NCBI GenBank assembly: GCA_047495785.1
Contig: JBLDXI010000007.1
Location: forward strand, 1,550,001-1,614,000
Length of the DNA: 64,000 bases
Source: Lepidodermella squamata
Taxonomy: Eukaryota > Animalia > Gastrotricha
Reading direction: 5' to 3'
The notes below the pieces were generated by a model that was not told where the DNA came from, did no database searches, and saw nothing but the letters and a program-made list of their open reading frames with translations. Every line of letters begins with the position of its first letter. The first letter of the stretch is position 1. Of this stretch, positions 12,516 to 22,923 are shown piece by piece. A program made the translations under genes and the position numbers.

Positions 12516-15297
12516 GACCTTTTTGAATGCAGCGTTTCATGCGGTAGGATCAATATAGCGATTCGCTTGAGGGTTCGAAGCTGGCCGTGGAATGTTTCTT
12601 CGCCCTCTACTTCGTTCGGCAGCTTATTACTGATTGCTAGCCTGAAAGCCTGTCAGGAATTTTCGGAAAATATGCGTCAAACGACGTAATGAGAGCACTT
12701 TCGATCGATTAGTAGGACGTACTAATTGCAAATGAGTATTATCCTTAATCTGGAAAGACTCTGAATGACGTAGATTGTCGATCGATCGATAACCGCTTGA
12801 TTTTCGAGGTGAATGATTCATAAATTAAAAAGAAATTGCTCAATTGCGTGCCTGAAATTAATCGGGTTAATTCATTGAGGTCAAGTCAACTTTCCTTTAT
12901 ATAATGCTATAGTTATTTGATATGTGGATCCTGCTTTCAGCAACATTACCCTTCAGCAATCTAGTACTTGTTTACTCTACTCTCACCTCAATTAGGTTAA
13001 TCTATTAAACACTCATTCGGTTCGCTGTTTCATCGCCCTCGCCCGCAAATTTCATATGTTAATGTGCTACACAAAATTCGACAACTCGTTGATGCGTGAA
13101 ACAGCACAACGCCGGATATTTTCCCCATATATGTACCTGCTCCTCAGTATAAAAAATAGTTGGCACGTAGTTTTATACACATCGCGCAATTTTACTGTAA
13201 AGTTCTTTTCTTTTTGGCAGACGTGCTCAAGCTACAAAATATCACCCACCAAAATTGAAAAACAAGACTACAAGCTACAACATGCTGCTCATTCTGGCGT
13301 GGCAGGGTAAAAACTTGTAATCTGCCTAATAGTGGCGATAAACAGCGTCCATCAGATGAACTTTAGCCATGAAATAAAATTTTACTACATCACTATGGTT
13401 ACAGAACAAAATCTGCCACTTGACTCCTATTTGCTAACCACCCTCGGTACATTGTTTTCGGCGACGATTATCGGCCATTATGCCAGGTTGGTTAAATTGT
13501 CAGCGCTCTAACTCCTTTCATAATTACTTGTACCAAAGCCCATTATTTATCCTCCTCATTAATCATCTTTCATTGACATGAAATTGTTTATTCAGACTCT
13601 CTTTCTCTAACTTCCGTCGATCTTACTAACTTCGTTTAGATCCGTTTTTATTACAGTACATTTTATGCATTTTTGAACGGACGAGCATTTCATCTGCAAA
13701 AATTTTTCGGAATAATTGAGGCTTTTTTATACTTTTTTTCATCAAAGCGCTTAAATTTAATGACATAAATTTATCTTCATTGATTTTATATTTGATGTAT
13801 TGGAAATCCGAATCAAACACCCTAGCAACGGACGATTTGTTTTTTTCCTTTATTATCGGGCTTTCTTTAGATTTTTATGTGTTCTTGGCACTGGGCAAAA
13901 AATACCGATCAATAAAAACACATCACGATATTGTTTTTTTGCGCATCTATTTTCTGCGCCTTGCTATCGATTTGCTCGAAAGTAGGACAAAGGATCGAAT
14001 TACCATAATATATGTACATGATATATTGCAGCATTGCATGTGTTTTATAAAACAAATGATAACTGTCTTTTTCCAGACCACGGATCATCTATTAGCTGCC
14101 AAATCTTGCGATGATGCATGACCTCGTAAAATAAATTGTCCTCGAAAGCTATAAACTTAGCTTGCTCCAATTTTATTAGGGTTAAACCAGGATAAAATCA
14201 GCCCAACAAAAATTGGCTGCTGTCATAATAACTTCCAATAATCTATCATTAGACCACGCCTCGCTTCGAAGGCAAAAAAATCTGACTTCTTTTGTGTATA
14301 CAAGCGCGATCATAAATGAACATGCAAGCATCTGCCTGCGTTATATATAATAATAAATAGTGTCTGAATAGAGGCTACGGATAGAAGCCTATAAAGGTGC
14401 ATATCGAACGCGCTTTTTTCACCTCTGCACGTAAAACATTGTGTGTATGATGTGGCTTCGCATGCATTCATCATCAGGTTACTTGGATCGATGAAAAAAT
14501 TTGTTTTTTATATGCGCAGTATAAATAGGTTAAATATAGTTTCCTAAAAAAAAATATTGGCAAAAATTAGGTTACAGCGTGTCATATTTACAGAAAAAAT
14601 AAACATTTATCCTACTTTTTGTTGCAATGTAGCGATAAGGTGAACTGACAAGCTTATCTTGTTGCTTAAAATAACTGAACCTCCCAGAAATTTTGCATAA
14701 TTTTGGCTAGAAAATTATTTTTATTCAGGCGGATTCAGGGTTAAATTTCAGCGTTTAATTCAATGAACCTTGACTTCTTTCTCACCTGATATCCGGTTTT
14801 TCAGGTTTATAATATCTCATTTTTGCCTTGGATCACCGCAAGCCCGCTTAATATTGGACTCTCATGAAAAAAAACATCCACGCCTGCTATAGCTGTTTAT
14901 TACTGCCTCAGGTGCCAGCAGCTGCATGACTACCGTGCGATGTTTTTTTTTCATCCACTAATTACTATTCAGTATAACGTAAAAAAATATATGAAAATTA
15001 CCGCCGCGAGGAAAAATACCTGCCAACGGCATTTTGCTGTATCTCAATTTTCAAAAAAACAAATTAGCCAGGAATGTCCCTATTTAATCACCTACTTATT
15101 CTACTTTAATTCATATTTTTTCTTTGAATTTATCGCAAATATTATCATCGATTTTATTTTGTCTGAATTTATTTCCGCCATTTGATTTCCGGCATCTCGA
15201 GTGAGTGCAATAGAAACATTTAATACAGAAAGTTCATTTGCCGAATTTTCCTCGGTTTATAGTGACGTTTAAATTGAAATTTTAACTCGGCAATGGA

Positions 15298-16994
15298 ATG
15301 GTTTTGAATAGCGACTGCGAAATGACGCTGCCGAACGGCTTGACGTTACAAGTTTCGGAATTCGGCCCGCTTCAACAGATTGGAATCGGCCAATATGGTT
15401 ATGTCTTCAAAGCAATACACGTACCATCACAAAAAGCTATGGCAGTTAAAGTAAATTAATTTTCAGTCAATTTTTCGATTTTAATATATTTTTGCTAGAA
15501 AACAATATGCACCCGAGGGCAATACAATCAACTGAGCAAATTTTGGGATTTTCTACTCGACCTTAACGCTTCGAGACAGGAGGAAGGTCGCGAGTTTATT
15601 GTCGATTTTTATGGCACAATATTTTTTGATGTGAGCAAAAAAAATATTATGGTGGAATTTTTTGATTATTTTTTAATCTTTTTCCAGAGCGATTGTTGGC
15701 TCTGCATGGAGCTCATGGACCTGTCGTTGGATAAATTCAGCCGTTTCGTCTACGCAATGCCCGGTGAAGCCATCCCCGAGTTTGTAATCGCCCAAGTCGC
15801 TAGATCAATGGTTTCCGCCCTGAATTTTCTCGAACTTCACAGCTATAAAGTGCGCCGGAAATCGTATGCCGATTGCAAGGAGTCGCACAGTGCGAACACG
15901 TCGTCGAGTGCGACCCCGTTTGCCGATGTTAAAACGTCGAACGTCCTCATTAGCCGAAGTGGCTTCATTAAACTGTGCGATTTGGGCATGTGCCGACGCC
16001 TTATCGATCCTACGGCTTCAAGCCAAGGCGGCGAATGGTACCACTACATCGCAGTAAGCTTGAAAAATTAATTTAAATACTTGGTCTGAGAAATCTGAAA
16101 TTTTTGTAAAATTCAAGGAAGATAATACCGAATAAGGGGTAACTTTGGACGGATGTTAAAAATCAAATTTTTCTCATACAATTCTGAAATTTTTAAATAA
16201 AGTGGGCGAGGTGGTTTCTGATTTTCTTGAATTTTTCTTGAATTTTTATAATTTAACCTGATTTTTGGCAATTTAAATAGTATTCGTGATTATGAGCGCG
16301 CATTTGCATATAAAAAGCCTAATTGAGTTGCAATATTCTCCCTTAAAAGTCAGATCGAATTTTATAACATTTTAAATTCAAGAAATTCAAACATTTTAAA
16401 CGTTAAATTATTTATTTTATTTCTTGTAGCCCGAAAGAATTTGCCCGAGTGTTTCCGAATCTTGCGATGATGCTAGCAGCAACAGCAAAGCAGATGTTTG
16501 GGCTGTTGGCATTTCATTGTACGAGTTAACTACCGGCAAGCTGCCTTACCAAGACGTCAAGTTGGCCTTTCAGGTAATCGCGGCAATAGTCAATGGCGAA
16601 AGCCCTAAGCTTGAAGCAACCGACGAACCTGTATCCCGGTCTTCGCAATTAAGTTCCTTCGTCAATTACTGGTATTTAATTTTTTTCTGAATTTTTCCGG
16701 ATTTTTTATATTATTTCAAATAGTCTGACGAAAAATGCGGCCGAACGGCCTGGCTATGAGGACCTGCTAAGTCATGATTTTTTGACAAATGCAGCCAGCG
16801 AGCGAGATGTCAACAAGTTGTCGACGTATTTTTCAAATATTCTCGATCAAATTTTGGTTGAGGAGGAGCAGAAACAGCGTGAAATTGCCGCCCGTCGCCA
16901 CTCTTCGCTAAAACCGAAAAAATCGGCATCTAAACGCAAACCGTCGGATTCTGATATGATAAATAACGATAACAACTGCATATCTGTTCCTTGA
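15298..16994 (+). CDS. Atypical MAP2K (MKK4-like) protein kinase, 5 exons (15298-15450, 15499-15630, 15688-16052, 16430-16671, 16723-16994)
   Basis: GIGQYGYV, AMAVK, IVDFYG, DCWLCMELMD, DVKTSN, IKLCDLG, YIAPER, DVWAVG. Confidence 0.85.
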
Positions 16995-17219
16995 GTTGGG
17001 CCATTTTGTGCTTTATTTTGTCTTGTTTTCTTCCTTTTATTAAATAAAGTAAAATGTCTTCGTATTTATCGACGACTCAAACAAAAAAAACGATTTTACT
17101 TAAAAAAAAGTTCGTTGAATGTGGCGGTACCTCAATTTCCTCAGCTTTCCGATATCGGATACCTCCGGCTTCGAGGTAGTTTGGATTGCAGCTGACCTTG
17201 CCAGAACCAGTATTCGAAA

Positions 17220-17291
17220 GGTCCCATGGTGTAGCGGTTAGCACTCTGGACTCTGAATCCAGCGACTCGAGTTCGATTCTCGATGGGACCT
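17220..17291 (+). tRNA. tRNA-Gln(CTG)
   Basis: Full cloverleaf GGTCCCA...CTCTGAA...TGGGACCT. Confidence 0.95.
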
Positions 17292-17376
17292 TGGCTACGT
17301 TTTTTGGGCAAGAGAACAAACAATCATGTGCGACTCAAGTCCCAACCAGTGTTAATCTAGTAGGCAGGTCAGCCTA

Positions 17377-17448
17377 GGGGGCATAGCTCAGTGGTAGAGC
17401 GTCTCATTCGCATTGTGAAGGTCTCGGGTTCAATCCCCGATGCCTCCA
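17377..17448 (+). tRNA. tRNA-Ala(CGC)
   Basis: Cloverleaf with G3:U70 and loop TTCGCAT; one T-T mismatch in the anticodon stem. Confidence 0.85.
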
Positions 17449-17507
17449 GTTGGCCACTTTTTACGAATTATTAATCGGAAATTACTAGAAAAGTCGGTCA
17501 AAAATGG

Positions 17508-17591
17508 TGTCAGAAGTGGGGTTCGAACCCACGCCCTCTTTCGAGGACCAGATCTTGAGTCTGGCGCCTTAGACTGCTCGGCCATCCTGAC
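17508..17591 (-). tRNA. tRNA-Leu(CAA), intronless
   Basis: GTCAGGATGGCCGAG...CTCAAGA...long variable arm...TTCTGACA. Confidence 0.95.
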
Positions 17592-17693
17592 TGCTTGACC
17601 GACCTTCGATTTGATGCAATTAACACGCAAATTCTGCTTTATTCGCAGTCACGGAGCTTGAAACCTTGCATAGGCTGCATTTTTGACAAGAGA

Positions 17694-17766
17694 GGCGCCG
17701 TGGCGAAAAGGCTATCGTGTTGGACTTTGGATACGAAGATTGAGGATTCGAGTCCATTCAGCGTCA
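17694..17766 (+). pseudogene. Degenerate tRNA, Arg-like body with TTG at the anticodon position
   Basis: 73-nt cloverleaf outline with mismatches in the acceptor, anticodon and T stems. Confidence 0.6.
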
Positions 17767-17885
17767 TGCCCTGCTTTTCCAATATGTTTGTTTATTTTCA
17801 GTAGCACACTTCAAAGGCCAGAAGATTCAATTTCGCATTTGGCTGATTGGCTACATCGACCATCAATCTGCTTCGCATTCTAAGG

Positions 17886-17958
17886 GCCTTCCTAGCTCAG
17901 TCGGTAGAGCATGTGACTTTTAATCACAGGGTCGGGGGTTCGAGTCCCCCGGAGGGCG
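17886..17958 (+). tRNA. tRNA-Lys(TTT)
   Basis: Full cloverleaf, loop CTTTTAA. Confidence 0.95.
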
Positions 17959-18032
17959 CAAGCTTTTTACCCAAAGTAACTTGTTTATAGGAAGTAACTT
18001 GCTAATGCTGCTAAGATGACGAAGATCTCGAA

Positions 18033-18105
18033 TGGGGATTAGCTCAAATGGTAGAGCGCTCGCTTAGCATGCGAGAGGTAACGGGATCGACGCCCGTATC
18101 CTCCA
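18033..18105 (+). tRNA. tRNA-Ala(AGC)
   Basis: Cloverleaf, loop TTAGCAT, G3:U70; position 1 is T, mismatched with C72. Confidence 0.85.
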
Positions 18106-18154
18106 TACTTTTTTCGGCTTTCGGCGATTAAGATGAGAAACACCTCTACACCTG

Positions 18155-18355
18155 AAAATATAGAATTGTCGCCATAGATATAGGTCGAGTAGCCTTGACA
18201 ATTCGATATTTTACGGTATAACATTCGTAAATCGTTCATATCTGAACTCGCCGCACTCGATTTACTCTTCGTAACTCGCCTCCGGCTCGTCACGACTCGT
18301 AAATCTCGGGCGGCTCCGTACAGATATAAACGTTTTACTCATGTCATACCATACA
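18155..18355. repeat. About 200-bp double-hairpin repeat, copy 1
   Basis: Highly similar to 19923-20122, with a long internal imperfect palindrome centred on GCC-TCC-GGC. Confidence 0.85.
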
Positions 18356-18364
18356 AATATAACA

Positions 18365-18525
18365 CTGTGTCTATATTTTTAACCTTGAAACACAAATCTA
18401 TATTTTTTCATACTTCAAATATAGATTTGAATATGAACTATATTTCTGATCTATATCTGAAATATAGATTCAGGTGTATCTATATTTTTGACCTGGGAAA
18501 TCTATATTTTGAATATAGATGCCCA
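18365..18525. repeat. Array of inverted TCTATATTT/AAATATAGA motifs (MITE-like relic)
   Basis: Motif repeated about 8 times in both orientations. Confidence 0.5.
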
Positions 18526-18833
18526 TTTCCAAGCCCAATACTTCCGAAGTCTTGAAACAACTAATTCTAACGGAAAAACACAGGGATATAGTTATCGCAA
18601 CGCAATTTATTATGAAGGAAAATGGAGAAATTCAATTTTGAGAATAATTTAGACGGGGACAGCTTGGCAGGCGGGCTGCAAAAATTGGCCGTAGGAATCA
18701 GAATTTCTCAGAAAACTCCGGAAAATCGGGAAAATATGAACCTGACCTTGACAATTTTCGGGGAATTTAGAGGTCTTCCGTCCCTTTTATATAGCCATTT
18801 TATACTAAATCAAAATAGAAAGGGTTAAAAATG

Positions 18834-18905
18834 TTCCCTGACCGGGAATCGAACCCGGGCCGCCGCGGTGAAAGCGCGGAATCCTAACCACTAGACCATC
18901 AGGGA
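18834..18905 (-). tRNA. tRNA-Glu(TTC)
   Basis: TCCCTGATGGTCTAGTGG...CTTTCAC...TCAGGGAA. Confidence 0.95.
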
Positions 18906-18994
18906 GGTGCAAAATCCCTGTTGTATGCGTAAACTGTGAAGAACTCAATCTATCAATGACATTACCTCCAGCAGCTCTGCGAAAAAAACGGAAT

Positions 18995-19066
18995 GGGCCC
19001 GTTCGGGAATTGAACCCGAGACCTCTCGCACCCGAAGCGAGAATCATACCCCTAGACCAACGGGCC
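18995..19066 (-). tRNA. tRNA-Pro(CGG)
   Basis: GGCCCGTTGGTCTAGGGG...TTCGGGT...ACGGGCCC. Confidence 0.95.
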
Positions 19067-19254
19067 AGCCAGACTTTCGAAGCTGGCAAGCATAGACTTT
19101 GCTCGAACGTCTCTAGCAAATGAATAACAACGAGACCACGGACCTTCAGACTTATTCGATGATGTCGATGTCATTTAAAATAGCGGATGCGCCTTCATGC
19201 CTTGGTGATTTGTGATACACCAGCTCTTAATTTTCCATCCTCCAACTCCTTTGA

Positions 19255-19342
19255 CCTGCGACAGCTCAGCTGCTAGAGCGGAGGACAGTAGATGCAGAGC
19301 AGCTATCTCCATAAGCCGGTGGTTCAAGTTCGCCTCGCAGGA
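19255..19342 (+). pseudogene. tRNA-Tyr(GTA) pseudogene with intron remnant
   Basis: CCTGCGA...GGAGGACAGTAG[intron]...TCGCAGGA, with substitutions at T8, G18 and U33. Confidence 0.75.
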
Positions 19343-19356
19343 TTGCATTTACAAGA

Positions 19357-19428
19357 GGCCCGTTGGTCTAGGGGTATGATTCTCGCTTTGGGTGCGAGAG
19401 GTCTCGGGTTCAAATCCCGGACGGGCCC
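19357..19428 (+). tRNA. tRNA-Pro(TGG)
   Basis: Full cloverleaf, loop TTTGGGT. Confidence 0.95.
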
Positions 19429-19494
19429 AAGCATTTTGCACCAAGGGCTGAAGCGGCCGCAGAACAAAAAGCGGATCAAATGAAACAACGGCAA

Positions 19495-19565
19495 AATCTA
19501 ATGGTTCAGTGGTAGAATTCTTGCCTGCCACGCGGAAGGCCCAGGCTCGATTCCCGGCCAAATTT
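19495..19565 (+). pseudogene. tRNA-Gly(GCC) pseudogene
   Basis: TGGTTCAGTGGTAGAATTCTTGCCTGCCACGCGG...; acceptor stem destroyed and B-box mutated. Confidence 0.75.
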
Positions 19566-19667
19566 TCTTGCATTTCAGGTTCGACTCCCTGCCAAGGATT
19601 CACCATTAAAAAATGGGTACAGGTACTATCAGCCTAGTTTTTAATAAAGTGCAAAAACGTTCGTTGC

Positions 19668-19740
19668 CGCCCGATGTGGGGCTCGAACCCACGACCCTGG
19701 GATTAAGAGTCCCATGCTCTACCGACTGAGCTAACCGGGC
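19668..19740 (-). tRNA. tRNA-Lys(CTT)
   Basis: GCCCGGTTAGCTCAGTCGG...CTCTTAA...ATCGGGCG. Confidence 0.95.
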
Positions 19741-19827
19741 TTTGGTGACGTCGCTGCCAAGTAGGACTGGCTCGAAGGCCTAAAACTCAGGCTTGTGACG
19801 CGAATCTAACAGCGAGTGTGCTGAGGT

Positions 19828-19872
19828 GTCTGATCCGTAGTCATAGACGCGTTGTCTATCACCCTACAACCA
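19828..19872 (-). pseudogene. tRNA-Arg(ACG) relic (5' half and anticodon arm)
   Basis: Minus strand reads AACGCGTCTATGACTACGGATCAGA. Confidence 0.5.
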
Positions 19873-19922
19873 TAAAATCGTGTATCGTCTCTTTGCGTCT
19901 TATTTCGCTATAGCATAGGGAG

Positions 19923-20122
19923 AAATATAGAATTGTCGTCAAAAATATAGGTCGAGTCGCTATGACAATTCGATATTTTACGGTATAACATTCGTAAAAC
20001 GTTTATATCTGAACTCGCCGCACTCGATTTACTCATCGCAACTCGCCTCCGGCTCGTTCCGACTCGTAAATCTCGGGCGGCTCCGTACAGATATAAACGT
20101 TTTACTCATGTCATACCATACA
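19923..20122. repeat. About 200-bp double-hairpin repeat, copy 2
   Basis: Perfect 18-bp arms GTAAAACGTTTATATCTG/CAGATATAAACGTTTTAC plus inner stems. Confidence 0.85.
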
Positions 20123-20137
20123 TCGACCATACATCGA

Positions 20138-21874
20138 CACTTTTCACTTTTTCATTTTGATTAAAACATCACTTTTCACTTTTTCATTTTGATTAAAACA
20201 TCACTTTTCATGAGTTGTAACGCGTGCCAAAAACGCTGTGGAAACGCCATTTCATGCATTATATGTAACAGCTTATTCCACAATACGTGCATGGGCCTAT
20301 GTAATACCGATTTCACGACAATAACCAATGCAAATCGGAAGCTGTGTAAGTCGGAGACTTCTACTTATCAGCCAAAGATCGTCATCATCTGCTCTGAGAA
20401 TTGCCGTAGACTGTTGAACAGTTGGATAGGTCAAAACGCAGCGGCGTCTACAATTTGTTCGAATAAGACCGACAAAGAATCATCGGTTGGCGAGGCTGTA
20501 GAGCAGCCCACAGAAGGAAATCCTGTCGCTGAGGCTGAGATTCATGCGTGTTCTAAAACGTCTTCGGGTGGGACCGACGAGGAAGCAGTAGGTGGTGATG
20601 CCGTCCATCAGCACGTGGGAGACAAACCTGTCGAGTCTACTATGGATTTTGTAGTCGTAAACGAAACTGCTGAGCTGCTTCTCTGCCCCTGTGGTAATGA
20701 AGTTTTCGCATTGTGTGTTTGTGGGTGTGCTACGCCGCTTTGCCATGATCACTTTACCAACAAAAACAATTGCTCTTCCATTGATGAAATGCCGCAATAC
20801 GCGCGTGCCCCCGAAAAAATAGTTTTTTCTCGTAAATTATTTAACGCAAAAAAACGTGAAATTCCTGATATTTCTGACTCGAAAATCTCTGCCTATACTC
20901 TGAAGTCTAACAAATCTGCGCCTGGCAGTTCAAAAAATACTACTGCTACTCGAGGCCAATCTATTCCAGTAATAATAACAGGCTCTACTCAAAAGTCTTT
21001 ATTCGCTCCTAAACCCAAACCTATTCGCTCCAACTCAATTCCAGTTGTAATCAATGGGGTGGTAAATTCCCCCGATGCTTTTTTGAAAAACACTGCCAAC
21101 CGATCTTTTTCTAACGCATCAACAAAAATTGGAATTTCCATTCCAATTTCGAAAAACCATTCTACAGTGAAAAACCCTTTCCACTTCGATCCTTTTTTAC
21201 AAGGCCCAAGTAGCGTTCTCTTCTCAAACTACTCGAACAAAAAACCTTCCAATTCCTCTGTAAAGCTTTCTGATCACTTCAAGCACTAGGTTCTAGGCGT
21301 ACCCGTCGGAACACAAGAAATTGCAACTTTGACATCTATTTTCTATGCAAATGTAAACGGACTGTGTGAAAGGCTAAAATTTCTATGGAGTTATCTAGAT
21401 GATCTGAACTTAGATCCTGATTTTCTCATCTTTGCGGAGACTTTTCTACGTTCACGTTCAAACATAAATCAAATTTCAAATAAAGGATATGTGATCTACA
21501 AACAAAATCGCGAAACTGAGTATAAAAAGAAAAGTGGCGCTGGCGGAGCGCTGCTGGCCGTGAAAAAGCATATACCCTCTTGCCTTCTCTCAGACTTTAG
21601 CGAAGACCTAGTTGAGGCCGTCGCAGCCGAATGTATCGGCGAATCTTGTAAATATGTTGTTGTTTCTGTTTATCGCTCGATGTACGCTTCAGACTTGGCA
21701 ACTAAACACCTCTTTGACTATCTTCTCGGTGTTGTAAATACTCACGAAACTGTAATAATTGTGGGAGATTTTAATTTCCCGAAATTTGATTACATCTTTT
21801 CTACGTTTTATACCAAACAAAGTTTCATCGATTTTAATGCTTTTCTAATCGAAAATAATCTTGTTCAAAATGTT
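20138..21874 (+). mobile_element. 5' part of a non-LTR retrotransposon (CR1/L2/Jockey-like), lacking reverse transcriptase
   Basis: 31-bp tandem duplication at 20138-20210, then a PHD-finger ORF and an AP-endonuclease ORF. Confidence 0.75.
20210..21289 (+). CDS. LINE ORF1-like protein with N-terminal PHD finger and a second Cys/His cluster
   Basis: CNAC...CIIC...FHNTC...CSENC (C4HC3) and CPC...CVCGC...LCHDH. Confidence 0.7.
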   Translation: MSCNACQKRCGNAISCIICNSLFHNTCMGLCNTDFTTITNANRKLCKSETSTYQPKIVIICSENCRRLLNSWIGQNAAASTICSNKTDKESSVGEAVEQPTEGNPVAEAEIHACSKTSSGGTDEEAVGGDAVHQHVGDKPVESTMDFVVVNETAELLLCPCGNEVFALCVCGCATPLCHDHFTNKNNCSSIDEMPQYARAPEKIVFSRKLFNAKKREIPDISDSKISAYTLKSNKSAPGSSKNTTATRGQSIPVIITGSTQKSLFAPKPKPIRSNSIPVVINGVVNSPDAFLKNTANRSFSNASTKIGISIPISKNHSTVKNPFHFDPFLQGPSSVLFSNYSNKKPSNSSVKLSDHFKH

Positions 21875-22114
21875 GCAAAGATGAAATCTGACTCTTACGG
21901 TTCCGGTAAGTTAATAGTTTCCGCTTACCGCCACTACTCTAGGAGCGGCAATGGCAGTCTTCCTTTGCCAAGTGATAGCGGCAATGGCACTGCTCCGTAC
22001 GGTGGCAACGGTGCCGGAATCCCTCCACAAGGTGGGTGCAGTGAAGGCGGTTTTCCTTTCCCAAGCGGTGGCGGCAATGGCAGTCTTCCTTTCCCAAGCG
22101 GTGGGTCGAGTTAA
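21329..22114 (+). pseudogene. Truncated APE (exonuclease-endonuclease-phosphatase) domain fused to a Gly/Ser/Pro repeat tail
   Basis: YANVNGL, AETFL, GGALLAVK, SVYRS and GDFNFP motifs present. C-terminal LD/SDH motifs absent. Confidence 0.75.
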
Positions 22115-22600
22115 ATGGTCCGTTGTTGCAACCATAGCTGTCCGTTGTTTTATCCCCGTTTAGAATACTGTATGCCCATAAGGAATGGATAGAACAATAT
22201 TGTAATAGAAGAGGAGAAAGTAGGTTGACGGCATGAATTAATCTGAAGCCCATATGATAATATGAGCGCTAAATTTATTTAATGTTGTAATGTTAAAGCT
22301 TAAATAAATTAGGCTATATTGTCGACTGGTTAAGAACAGATTCTACAGATTCTACCCTGTTCTACACTTTAACAATGAGTGAACCTCCTGGATCTCTACT
22401 GGCGTTAAGCAGAAACGATTAACGCGACGGATCCCATTAGATGAGGCTTTTATTTTGAAGCGGAATTGTCAACTTTCAACTGACAGAAATTTAGTTGGCG
22501 GAATAGTTCGTAACTGATGTCGAACATGGTATGGCGGAAACTAGAGAGAACCAGACGAATTAACTACTTAAAGCACGAAATTCGTTAAAAAAATTACCAT

Positions 22601-22668
22601 GGTAGCGCCTCCGTTCAAGGCGCCAGATTTAGGCTCTAGTCTCTTCAGTTCGAACCACACCGCTGCCA
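22601..22668 (+). pseudogene. tRNA-Leu(TAG) pseudogene with internal deletions
   Basis: Aligns to the intact copy at 23303-23384. Confidence 0.75.
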
Positions 22669-22760
22669 ACATTATTTCATTCAAATTCTAGATATCTTCA
22701 AAAGCGATAACTTGATAGCTTCATGAACAAAAATATTCGTGTGATTCATTCACTCTTCAG

Positions 22761-22810
22761 ACGCTGGGCCCATAACCCAGAGGTCTGTAGATCGAAACTA
22801 CGCTCTGCAA
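22761..22810 (+). pseudogene. Initiator tRNA-Met 3' fragment
   Basis: CTGGGCCCATAACCCAGAGGTC...GATCGAAAC...CTCTGC; 5' end missing. Confidence 0.75.
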
Positions 22811-22923
22811 AAAGTCAATTTTTTCTCTTGTTTTCTTCACCATAAGATGAATATGCTAAGCAAGCTGTTCTCGGTATTATTTTCAACTACCGATTGGCGT
22901 CGGTAACAGAAATCTATTCAACT

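Noticed and set aside
11460-15200. Gene-free 3.7-kb stretch with short ORFs
   Set aside because: No coherent exon chain or motif was found by eye, so it is treated as intergenic.
17160-17195. let-7-like seed GAGGTAG
   Set aside because: The rest of the mature sequence does not match and only a 5-6 bp hairpin forms, so it is not a pre-miRNA.
17077-19606. Numerous short ORFs in the ORF track
   Set aside because: They overlap tRNA genes and repeats and have no protein motifs.
21906-21942. Possible 37-nt GTAAGT...TAG intron in the Gly-rich tail
   Set aside because: It is shorter than local introns and removing it shifts out of the repeat-encoding frame.
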